A stretch of DNA of 53,990 nucleotides, taken from IMG/VR virus record IMGVR_UViG_3300025276_000041, positions 1 through 53,990 of that record; one strand, written 5' to 3'. This document shows, one piece after another, positions 46,726 to 53,990 of the stretch. The position numbers and the translations under genes are program-made. The notes below the pieces were generated by a model, which did no database searches, was not told where the DNA came from, and worked only from the letters and a program-made list of their open reading frames with translations. This DNA is from a virus. Its lineage: Duplodnaviria; Caudoviricetes. Position 1 is the first letter of the stretch, and each line of letters opens with the position of its first letter.

Positions 46726-47209
46726 CGTTCTTCCTAAACATAGGGTTGGCGGTCTCTGAGATGGGGAAGTCCTCACCATTTAGCTTTTTATAGAGGGTAC
46801 TTATGCATGAACGAGCCTTGATTGTAAGCTCATATAGGGCCTTATGTCCTCCTCCAGACTTTCTCCACACATGAATCCACTCTCTTTCTAGCAAAGACTT
46901 GAATCTTTTCTTATCCCAAGGGAGGACTTGTTCAAACTCTGCAAACTTTGTCTTATCAAAATACTGCTCGCTATAGAGGAAGAACAATATGTCTAAATCC
47001 TCTTGACTGAGTTGGTATCTAACCTTCGCCCACTGTCTTACAATCCTCCAATACTTCATGTAATCTAGTATAGGCTCAACTCTTCTGTACCTTACTATAT
47101 TCTCAGCCTTTACTTTTTTCCTTCGGCTAATCCGTTCTTGTTTTTGCTTTTTTTTGCGCTCTTGTTTTTTTCTCCACGCAATTCCGGCTTTTGAAAACTC
47201 AAATTCCAT
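46643..47209 (-). CDS. Winged-helix (MarR-like) DNA-binding protein
   Basis: LSQEDLDILFFL...KRFKSLLEREWI...LYELTIKAR pattern. Confidence 0.6.
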   Translation of the reverse strand: MEFEFSKAGIAWRKKQERKKKQKQERISRRKKVKAENIVRYRRVEPILDYMKYWRIVRQWAKVRYQLSQEDLDILFFLYSEQYFDKTKFAEFEQVLPWDKKRFKSLLEREWIHVWRKSGGGHKALYELTIKARSCISTLYKKLNGEDFPISETANPMFRKNATYTDKVYRKYMLNLRQESQQLRRLSR

Positions 47210-47214
47210 TTGAT

Positions 47215-47222
47215 TATATTTG
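47215..47222 (+). promoter_or_regulatory. -7 promoter box TATATTTG
   Basis: TAnnTTTG upstream of the basic-protein cluster. Confidence 0.55.
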
Positions 47223-47260
47223 TAGTAAAGTTAACAAGTAATATTTGTAAAATAAAAATC

Positions 47261-47767
47261 ATGGCAATTAAAAGAGATTTATCTGCACCTCTTGCGGTCT
47301 CAGAGTTTGACGGAGAAAAGAAGAGAAAAAAAAGAGTCACACGAACTTCAAGTGACGGAAAAAAAACTAGAGAAGTAAGAAGAAAAGACGGGAGTCTTAA
47401 AAAAAGAGTCACACGAACCGAATCAACAGTTGAAGGTTTTGCACCTGTAACTAAGAAAACAAGAGACGTTAAAAAGGTAAGTCGTTCAGGAAATAAGGTT
47501 ATTATAAAAAATAAAACCAAATTGAGCGCTACTAAATTCGAAAATGGGAAAAAGGATGGTATGCTTCCCCAAAGAACAACTCGTTCTAAAGTTACCCTTT
47601 CCAACAGCAAAGGAACGGATGGCATGAAATTAAGAAAAGTTAAAGTTGTAAAAAAAGCAGGAGGCTCAAGGATTGAAAAATCTAAGTCTACAGGAAATAC
47701 GGGAACTTCAGCAATCTTAAAAACCATTCGCAATGGCGGAGGTATGAGAGGTTATCGAAAGAAATAA
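47261..47767 (+). CDS. Very basic K/R-rich protein
   Basis: ATG 47261 (MAIKRDLSAPLA), with an internal repeat KKRVTRT x2. Confidence 0.7.
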   Translation: MAIKRDLSAPLAVSEFDGEKKRKKRVTRTSSDGKKTREVRRKDGSLKKRVTRTESTVEGFAPVTKKTRDVKKVSRSGNKVIIKNKTKLSATKFENGKKDGMLPQRTTRSKVTLSNSKGTDGMKLRKVKVVKKAGGSRIEKSKSTGNTGTSAILKTIRNGGGMRGYRKK

Positions 47768-47794
47768 ATAATAATTTTAATTAATATTTTAAAA

Positions 47795-48013
47795 ATGAAA
47801 CAAGGATATAACGCTCGACTTGATGAGTCAATCGGAGCAAGAAACGGAAAGAAGTCTCAGTCTATGAAAGACCGTAGAGATGAGTCCAAAGGAATGTCTA
47901 AGAAAATGTATGGCCATGCATATGGAGCTGATAAGGGAATGTCTTACAGACACAATCACCCCGGACATGTTCACAACGTTGCTGGTCACTTGCGTTCAAT
48001 CTATAAGAAGTAA
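47795..48013 (+). CDS. Small basic protein
   Basis: MKQGYNARLDES..., with an A-rich leader. Confidence 0.7.
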   Translation: MKQGYNARLDESIGARNGKKSQSMKDRRDESKGMSKKMYGHAYGADKGMSYRHNHPGHVHNVAGHLRSIYKK

Positions 48014-48016
48014 GCT

Positions 48017-48247
48017 ATGCCTTTTGACAAGAAAAATAGCAAAAACTTAATGCCTAAAGGAATGCGGAATCCTAGGGGTAGAGACTTATCTACTCCCTTG
48101 GCTCCCACTGGGGATTTTGATAAACAAGAAGTTAGTGATTCTGTTTATTTTGCAAAACAATCCCTTGCAACCAAAAAAGGTCGTGCTTCAATGACTGAGG
48201 CTTCTGCATTAAAAGCATTGAGTTCAATTGAGAGCATGAAGGACTAA
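48017..48247 (+). CDS. Small protein with an RDLSTPLAPT motif
   Basis: 76-aa ORF in the cluster. Confidence 0.65.
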   Translation: MPFDKKNSKNLMPKGMRNPRGRDLSTPLAPTGDFDKQEVSDSVYFAKQSLATKKGRASMTEASALKALSSIESMKD

Positions 48248-48248
48248 A

Positions 48249-48539
48249 ATGGCTACTAAGTCTAAAATGAAATGCAACCGCGTGGTTGCTTCGGATAGAC
48301 CTGGTAAGAAACGAATGGTTAAGGCTTGTTCTAACGGGCAAGAGAAACTTATTCACTTCGGAGCGAAGGGATATGGTCACAACTATAGTCCCGCCGCCCG
48401 AAAATCTTTTAAGGCTAGACATAAGTGCTCTAGCGCAACAAACAAATTAACGGCTCGGTACTGGTCGTGTAAGAAGCTTTGGGCAGGGCCTGGAGGGAGT
48501 ACAAAATCATCACCAAAAACCCGAAAGGGTAAATATTAA
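48249..48539 (+). CDS. Small basic protein (HFG...RKSFKARHKC...YWSC family)
   Basis: Pattern common among viral small basic proteins. Confidence 0.75.
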   Translation: MATKSKMKCNRVVASDRPGKKRMVKACSNGQEKLIHFGAKGYGHNYSPAARKSFKARHKCSSATNKLTARYWSCKKLWAGPGGSTKSSPKTRKGKY

Positions 48540-48543
48540 AGTT

Positions 48544-48699
48544 ATGCCAACAGTAACATATAAGTGTCCTGATTCAGGATCAAAAATGAAAAAGACCTTT
48601 CCATACAACGCTGTAGGGAAAGCTCAAGCCGACACTTTCGTTAAACTAATGAAAGGGAATATAAAGTACAATCCTAACAGATACTCAAAAGGATATTAA
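48544..48699 (+). CDS. Small basic protein (51 aa)
   Basis: Translated by hand as MPTVTYKCPDSGSKMKKTFPYNAVGKAQA... Confidence 0.65.
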   Translation: MPTVTYKCPDSGSKMKKTFPYNAVGKAQADTFVKLMKGNIKYNPNRYSKGY

Positions 48700-48700
48700 G

Positions 48701-48820
48701 ATGGCTAAAAAATTTAAAGTTCATAACATGTATAGCAAAACTGGAATAAAAAAGGTTGCTAAAACCATGGCTCAACACTTATCTTTAAAGAAACAAGGAT
48801 ACTCTCATACAAGAAAATAA
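48701..48820 (+). CDS. Small basic protein (39 aa)
   Basis: Translated by hand as MAKKFKVHNMYSKTG...HLSLKKQGYSHTRK. Confidence 0.65.
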   Translation: MAKKFKVHNMYSKTGIKKVAKTMAQHLSLKKQGYSHTRK

Positions 48821-48821
48821 A

Positions 48822-48959
48822 ATGGGAAATAAAGTAAGTTGGCTCTACGGAGGGAAAAGATACAGTGGAACTTTGATTAAAAGCAAAGAAACCAAAACTC
48901 ACAGGTACGCAAGAACCGAAAACGGAAATATTAAAAGTTTACCTAAAAAAAAGAAATAA
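48822..48959 (+). CDS. Small basic protein (45 aa)
   Basis: Translated by hand as MGNKVSWLYGGKRYSGTLI... Confidence 0.65.
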   Translation: MGNKVSWLYGGKRYSGTLIKSKETKTHRYARTENGNIKSLPKKKK

Positions 48960-49084
48960 TGAGTAAGTTAACAAAGAGGCAAAAAAAGATTGCCAAGGCT
49001 GCGGCGCCTTATAATAAGATTACCGGAGATGACTTTAAAGCTTTAAAGTCAATGAAATCAGGAAAAAAAAGAATCAATGGCTGA
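48959..49084 (+). CDS. Small basic protein (41 aa)
   Basis: Translated by hand as MSKLTKRQKKIAKAAAPYNKITGDDFKALK..., with a TAATG overlap. Confidence 0.65.
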   Translation: MSKLTKRQKKIAKAAAPYNKITGDDFKALKSMKSGKKRING

Positions 49085-49259
49085 TTGGATTAAGGGAGCG
49101 ATAAAAAAAAAGGGAGCTCTAAAGGCCGCGGCGAAAGTAGCTGGAGCTATAACCTCTAAAGGAACAATAAAAAAATCTTGGCTAAAGGCGGCAGCACAGG
49201 CAGGAGGCATGCTTGGTAAAAGAGCTAGACTAGCTATTACTCTATCAAGATTTCGATAG
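49077..49259 (+). CDS. Small basic protein (WIKGAIKKKGAL...RARLA)
   Basis: 60-aa K/A-rich ORF. Confidence 0.7.
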   Translation: MADWIKGAIKKKGALKAAAKVAGAITSKGTIKKSWLKAAAQAGGMLGKRARLAITLSRFR

Positions 49260-49271
49260 TTTTTTTTAGAT

Positions 49272-49279
49272 TATCTTTG
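49272..49279 (+). promoter_or_regulatory. -7 promoter box TATCTTTG
   Basis: TAnnTTTG upstream of 49322. Confidence 0.55.
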
Positions 49280-49321
49280 AGCATTAAAGAAAGAGAATTT
49301 TTAACCCTCTAAGATAATAAA

Positions 49322-49861
49322 ATGGCATATCCAAAAATAAACGTCAACACAGGATTAGCACTAGAAGTAATTGCTAGCGATACAATATTAATCCCTAGCC
49401 CAGCTCTTCCAACATTAACAGGCGCGGCAACATCCACAACAGCCAACAAGTTAGTAGACTCTAACGCTAAGTTTGTTACAAACAAAGTTCAGATAGGTGA
49501 TATTGTATATAACACTACGGACAATACTTTGGTGACAGTAACCGCTGTAGACAGCGAAACAACCTTAGCGGTAAGCGCAAACTTATTTGCAGATGCCGAA
49601 AACTATAAGGTCTTTGTAGGGGGCCCTGTCTTTTCTACTAGCATTAACTCCTCTTCTGGTTGTCTTTTATATGTCGGAAGCAATGAAGACATGACTGCCA
49701 CAGAAATGGGTTACGCAACAATTAAAGTAAAAACAATTGCGGGTAATGATGTGACATTCAATAACTTCCCCGTTGGACATTATTTACCTATACAAGTTCT
49801 TCAAGTTTTTTCCACAGGAACAGACTCAACTTCAAGGGTGAGTTGTGTAGCTGTTTGGTAA
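49322..49861 (+). CDS. Probable virion structural protein
   Basis: T/S/V-rich beta protein. Confidence 0.55.
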   Translation: MAYPKINVNTGLALEVIASDTILIPSPALPTLTGAATSTTANKLVDSNAKFVTNKVQIGDIVYNTTDNTLVTVTAVDSETTLAVSANLFADAENYKVFVGGPVFSTSINSSSGCLLYVGSNEDMTATEMGYATIKVKTIAGNDVTFNNFPVGHYLPIQVLQVFSTGTDSTSRVSCVAVW

Positions 49862-49885
49862 GCTAAAACGATATTTTTTTTGAAC

Positions 49886-49893
49886 TAACTTTG
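49886..49893 (+). promoter_or_regulatory. -7 promoter box TAACTTTG for the lysis cassette
   Basis: Matches TAnnTTTG. Confidence 0.55.
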
Positions 49894-49916
49894 TAGTTGA
49901 ATTTAATCTAAACTCA

Positions 49917-50180
49917 ATGAGTATGCGTATCTATAAATATTTAAACAATAAGATGATGAGCTTTGCAGACATTTTTAAAGACACTAATGATTGGAACGAA
50001 AAAACAATAGTTGGTTTTATATCATTTGCCGTCATGATAATTGTCATGATTGTAGATGTAATTACGGGATGGCTAGGGAAAGACCTAGTTGTGAATGAGT
50101 TTATATACAACTCATTTATGTTTATTACTCTTGGATCATTTGGAATTGCAGGAATTGAAAAATTTGCAGGGAAAAAATGA
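49917..50180 (+). CDS. Holin-like two-TM membrane protein
   Basis: Two hydrophobic helices and a basic C-terminus, upstream of the endolysin. True start may be 49953. Confidence 0.6.
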   Translation: MSMRIYKYLNNKMMSFADIFKDTNDWNEKTIVGFISFAVMIIVMIVDVITGWLGKDLVVNEFIYNSFMFITLGSFGIAGIEKFAGKK

Positions 50181-50494
50181 AAGATAAAAACGACTCAGGC
50201 AGTCCATACAAAAACACGGGATTTTCCAGCTTTGGAGAAGACACCGTTTTAGGTCTTAGTATTAAGAGTTTAATCGCTATAGGGATAACCCTTGTGTCTG
50301 TAGTGTCAATGTATATGACTCTACAGGCTGATATATCCGTTGCTATGATGAAGCCCGAACCTGTGATCACAAAGACTGAATATGAATTGCAGACTAAACT
50401 GATGGATAAAGCAATTATTGAAACAAAAGAAGATATTAGTGAAATAAAAGCTTCTATTGATAAGATGGAAGATAGATTGTTTAACGCACGATGA
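50177..50494 (+). CDS. Single-TM coiled-coil membrane protein (lysis cassette)
   Basis: One TM segment followed by a coiled coil, with ATGA overlaps. Confidence 0.55.
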   Translation: MKDKNDSGSPYKNTGFSSFGEDTVLGLSIKSLIAIGITLVSVVSMYMTLQADISVAMMKPEPVITKTEYELQTKLMDKAIIETKEDISEIKASIDKMEDRLFNAR

Positions 50495-50964
50495 GACTCT
50501 CTAAGAACTTTACTTTGTCTGAAATGACAAAAAGTCAAACGGCACAAAGGCTAGGGATTGAAAACAATCCAGACGAGCTTCAGATAGAAAACATGAGGGA
50601 GCTTTCAGAAAAAATTTTACAACCTATTCGTGATGAGTTTGGCCCCGTTAGAGTAACATCAGGACTAAGAGTTCCTGAGCTTAACACAGCTTTAAGTGGG
50701 TCGAAATATTCACAGCATTGTAAAGGAGAAGCGGCAGATATTGACATGTGTTCTAATGTTTGTGATAAAAAAAACGCAGAGGTTTTTGCTTGGATAGTTT
50801 CTAATTTAATATGGGATCAAATGATATGGGAATTTGGAAATGACTCTTGCCCCGATTGGATTCATATATCTTATTCATATGGAAAAAATAGAAGAGAAGT
50901 CTTAAAGGCGGTGAAGAAAAAAGGAAAAACAAGCTATATTAATCTTAATGATGTAACCATCTAA
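50491..50964 (+). CDS. Endolysin, peptidase M15A family
   Basis: LSKNFTLSE, TSGLR, SQHCKGEAADI and WIHIS motifs. Confidence 0.9.
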   Translation: MRLSKNFTLSEMTKSQTAQRLGIENNPDELQIENMRELSEKILQPIRDEFGPVRVTSGLRVPELNTALSGSKYSQHCKGEAADIDMCSNVCDKKNAEVFAWIVSNLIWDQMIWEFGNDSCPDWIHISYSYGKNRREVLKAVKKKGKTSYINLNDVTI

Positions 50965-50974
50965 ATAATAAACC

Positions 50975-51415
50975 ATGAAGTGCTCTACACTTAGCTACTT
51001 TCTTCTTGTTGTTTTACTTATAATATCTATTATAGGGTGTTCTCCTGAATGGCATATACGAAAAGCCTTAATAAAAGACCCTAGAATGCTAGTTCAAGAC
51101 ACGGTAGTAGTGAGGGACACTATACTCACACCTTCAACTGTTGTGATTGATACTTTTAACTTATCAAAGACTGACACTATAGAAATTATCAAAAACAACT
51201 TTCGTGTTAAAATTGTACGAAGCTATGACACATTAATTATTGATGGTGGATGTGAAAGCGACACTATATATAGAACTATAGAGGTTCCTTATAGTAAAAT
51301 AGAATATTACTCTGCTACTAGATATCAGCAGATAAGTGGCTACATAGTGGGTGGTTCTTTTGTGTTAGTTATACTAGCTATAGCATTGTCATACATAAGA
51401 AAGCGCCTCCTATAA
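50975..51415 (+). CDS. Lipoprotein with a C-terminal TM helix (unimolecular-spanin-like)
   Basis: Signal peptide with lipobox IIG-C, beta-rich middle, and a C-terminal TM followed by RKR, located right after the endolysin. Confidence 0.6.
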   Translation: MKCSTLSYFLLVVLLIISIIGCSPEWHIRKALIKDPRMLVQDTVVVRDTILTPSTVVIDTFNLSKTDTIEIIKNNFRVKIVRSYDTLIIDGGCESDTIYRTIEVPYSKIEYYSATRYQQISGYIVGGSFVLVILAIALSYIRKRLL

Positions 51416-51421
51416 ATTTGT

Positions 51422-51429
51422 TACCTTTG
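51422..51429 (+). promoter_or_regulatory. -7 promoter box TACCTTTG
   Basis: TAnnTTTG upstream of the tail-fibre cluster. Confidence 0.55.
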
Positions 51430-51462
51430 TAAGAATCCTTACATTGGAAATAAAATATAGAA

Positions 51463-52185
51463 ATGGCAAGAATTAGTACATACGCTTTAGATGAAAACTT
51501 AATCGCCAGCGATAAGTGGATAGGAACTTCTGCAAATGACTCTAACGCAACTAAAAATTATTCTTTAGGAAATGTAACGGACTACTTAAATAAGTCAGGA
51601 GTTATTGACTCTCAGACCTTGCGTTACAAGTATCAAGACGTAACGCCTCAAGACACTAGAGCGGTGGCAACTATATCTTTTGCCACATCTCAGGGCAGTA
51701 CCGTTAATTTTTCTAGCATAACCACATGGGTTCTTAGCAAGTTTGCAAAGCCAGATAAGCAAGTAGACTCTTTTTACACATCACCTCTTATTGGTTCTCA
51801 CGTTTTAGTAACCAACGCTGCAAATGTATCTAATTGGGCAGTGTACTTATGGACTGGGTCTGCAGCAACTACAGACCCTAATTTTTATAATATAGCACTT
51901 ACCTACATTTCGGGTTCTGGAGTATTACAAAAAAACAAAGATTATCTTATTTCTCTGCTAACCTACGATGTCGCGGGTCAGACGGGAGATAAAAACTTTT
52001 TATTCACTCAAAATGATCCAGCGGCAACTTGGGTTGTTACCCACAACTTAGATAAATACCCCTCGGCATCTGTCGTTACTGGGGTAAATGATGAGCTTAT
52101 ATACGGTAATGTAACTTATCAAAGCACAAGCAAACTTACAATAACCTTCTCATCGCCCGTTAGTGGCAAAGCATTTATAAACTAG
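51463..52185 (+). CDS. Tail fibre base / adaptor structural protein
   Basis: N-terminus is paralogous to 2703..3137. C-terminal WVVTHNLDKYPSASVV...ITFSSPVSGKA domain. Confidence 0.65.
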   Translation: MARISTYALDENLIASDKWIGTSANDSNATKNYSLGNVTDYLNKSGVIDSQTLRYKYQDVTPQDTRAVATISFATSQGSTVNFSSITTWVLSKFAKPDKQVDSFYTSPLIGSHVLVTNAANVSNWAVYLWTGSAATTDPNFYNIALTYISGSGVLQKNKDYLISLLTYDVAGQTGDKNFLFTQNDPAATWVVTHNLDKYPSASVVTGVNDELIYGNVTYQSTSKLTITFSSPVSGKAFIN

Positions 52186-52190
52186 AAAAT

Positions 52191-53753
52191 ATGGCAATTA
52201 ATTTTTTAAACAGTCTAAACATTAATAAAAACTCAGTAGAGCAACTGAGAGTAGTAAATCACATTAACGACGCCGCGGCAGGAACCGGTGTGGTCGGCCA
52301 GCTATATTATCAAACAGGCAGTGGGAACGAGTTCCTAAAGGTATATAGACAAACAAGTTTTGAAGTTGGTAACGAAACATTTGCTTGGAAAGAAGTTGGT
52401 GGTGGTGTTACAAGCTTAACAACTAGTAATGGTACATTCATTAACCTTACACCAACCACTGCTCAAGTTGGAGATGTTAGCGTAAGTGCAGATCTTTCTG
52501 CTACGGGAACAGCTAATTCAAGTAGTTTTTTAGCTGGTAATAATGCGTGGGCAATACCTGCTGGAACATATAGTTGGACAGTAAAAGGCGATGGTGCTGA
52601 AAATACGGCTGTGGCCTCTGGAGAAACAGTAACAATACTTGGAGGTACTAATATTAGTGCTACTTTATCTACTAGAACAATTACAATTGCCTATACAGGT
52701 GGTTCAGGTACAATGTCAAATTGGAATTTAGCGGCAGACAGCGGTGCAACATTACAAGTAGACAATGGTGAAACGGTAGATATTGCTGGTGGAACTCACA
52801 TCACAACAACAATGGCTGGTACAGCAGCGGCTCCTTCTGTTTCTATATCTACAGACGCCACCAGTGCTAATACAGCAGACACATTAATGTCAAGAGATGG
52901 TAGTGGATTTAGTAATGTTGCGACACCAGCAACTGGTGACAGCTCTACAAGAGTAGCTACAACAGCTTTTGTAAAATCTGCAATTGTAGGTTTAATAGAA
53001 TTTAAAAGTGGATTTAATGCTACAACTGGTTTAATAACCGGAGGCACTTCAAATTTAACAGCTGACGATTCTCCAGCTACAGGAGATGTTAGAGTTGCTA
53101 TATTAGTTGGTGACATGTATGTAGTTACAACAGCTGGTAATTTCTATGGCAACGCTGCTTATCCTTTAACTCCCGGTGATTCTGTAATATGTCAAACAGA
53201 TGCACCTGCAGGAACTTCTGATATAAATGATTGGGTTATTGTTCAGTCTGATACTGATTTAGCTACAGCCACTACAGTTGGTATAGGTAATGTTAATAAT
53301 AATACTAATGGCGGTACTTCTGTTTCTTATACAACAGGTACAGCAAAAATATCTTTAAATGTTGACAATTTAGTAGCTGGATCAGGAGATCCTGTTACTG
53401 TCGCTGGTGAAGATAGTTCGGGTAATACGAAAAAATTTACAATAGATTCTTTACATAATTTAAGAGGTAAAAGAGTGGCTTTAAACGATCCAGATGGTGG
53501 AGCTTCAGGAATAACAAGATCGTTTGCAAGTAGCGTTACAACTTTTACTTTAGAAATAGATAGTGTTTGGGACTCTTCAATTGATGTAAGAAATGTAACA
53601 ATAGAAACAACTAGCTTGACTAGTGGTGACAATGAAACAGTTTACGCTGACACAACTAGAAAAGACGATGTTAGTCCTCAACAAATAATTGTTAAGTTTG
53701 CTGGTGAAGTAGCTAATAATGTTTATCAACTTCTTCTTCAAAACGTAGGATAA
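52191..53753 (+). CDS. Tail fibre-like protein
   Basis: G/T/S/A-rich, with VATTAFVK and GETV.I.GGT repeats. Confidence 0.75.
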   Translation: MAINFLNSLNINKNSVEQLRVVNHINDAAAGTGVVGQLYYQTGSGNEFLKVYRQTSFEVGNETFAWKEVGGGVTSLTTSNGTFINLTPTTAQVGDVSVSADLSATGTANSSSFLAGNNAWAIPAGTYSWTVKGDGAENTAVASGETVTILGGTNISATLSTRTITIAYTGGSGTMSNWNLAADSGATLQVDNGETVDIAGGTHITTTMAGTAAAPSVSISTDATSANTADTLMSRDGSGFSNVATPATGDSSTRVATTAFVKSAIVGLIEFKSGFNATTGLITGGTSNLTADDSPATGDVRVAILVGDMYVVTTAGNFYGNAAYPLTPGDSVICQTDAPAGTSDINDWVIVQSDTDLATATTVGIGNVNNNTNGGTSVSYTTGTAKISLNVDNLVAGSGDPVTVAGEDSSGNTKKFTIDSLHNLRGKRVALNDPDGGASGITRSFASSVTTFTLEIDSVWDSSIDVRNVTIETTSLTSGDNETVYADTTRKDDVSPQQIIVKFAGEVANNVYQLLLQNVG

Positions 53754-53777
53754 TAATATAATAAAATAATAGACTAG

Positions 53778-53990
53778 ATGGCTATTCAGTTTTTAAATAA
53801 CCCCAAGGTAGGAGATGACGTTAAGATTGAAATTGGTACTTCTTCTGATTTACTAATATATCACGATGCTTCTAATAGTTATATAACTAATGCGACTGGA
53901 GAGTTGTTTATAAAAGGCGCAGACGATTTAAGCATACAAGATACTGATGGAACAAACAGAGCTATATTTCAAGCAAACGCACAGAAACTG
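53778..53990 (+). CDS. Tail fibre, 3'-truncated by the window edge
   Basis: MAIQFLNN...GTSSDLLIYHDASNSYI, open to the window end. Confidence 0.75.
   Translation, partial: MAIQFLNNPKVGDDVKIEIGTSSDLLIYHDASNSYITNATGELFIKGADDLSIQDTDGTNRAIFQANAQKL

Noticed and set aside
44906-47733. Alternative ORFs over groEL/groES and 47110..47733 (-)
   Set aside because: They are shadow ORFs favoured by higher GC, or by the K-rich sense gene.

Overview
This looks like a near-complete genome of a podovirus-type tailed phage of a Bacteroidota (probably marine Flavobacteriia) host. The host call rests on TAnnTTTG -7 promoter boxes in front of most modules and A-rich, Shine-Dalgarno-free leaders. The window begins and ends inside tail-fibre genes. 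The + strand from 1-29.9 kb holds tail fibre, a tandem GroES-like protein, terminase, portal, scaffold, major capsid, tail ring/stabilisation proteins and three ejection-type proteins, the last being 2831 aa. The - strand from 30-43.6 kb holds early and replication genes: phosphoesterase, DnaA-C-like HTH, VRR-NUC, SNF2 helicase, primase-helicase, SSB, exonuclease, Sak-like annealing protein and a SprT-like protease. The + strand from 44-54 kb holds GroEL/GroES, small basic proteins, a lysis cassette and tail fibres. I recognised no DNA polymerase, integrase, canonical tRNA or CRISPR array. The most striking unexplained signal is a hammerhead-ribozyme-like core in the ~370-nt early leader. Its substrate sequence (hairpin-UGGUC/AUAACCA) recurs 22-23 nt upstream of five consecutive early genes, which suggests one ribozyme processing a polycistronic mRNA at several sites. 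Other candidates are two genes overprinted inside the giant ejection protein, a 33-aa mimic of the ribonucleotide reductase C-terminal tail, and a D-stem-less tRNA-like RNA. All calls come from reading the sequence by eye; no searches or folding programs were run.
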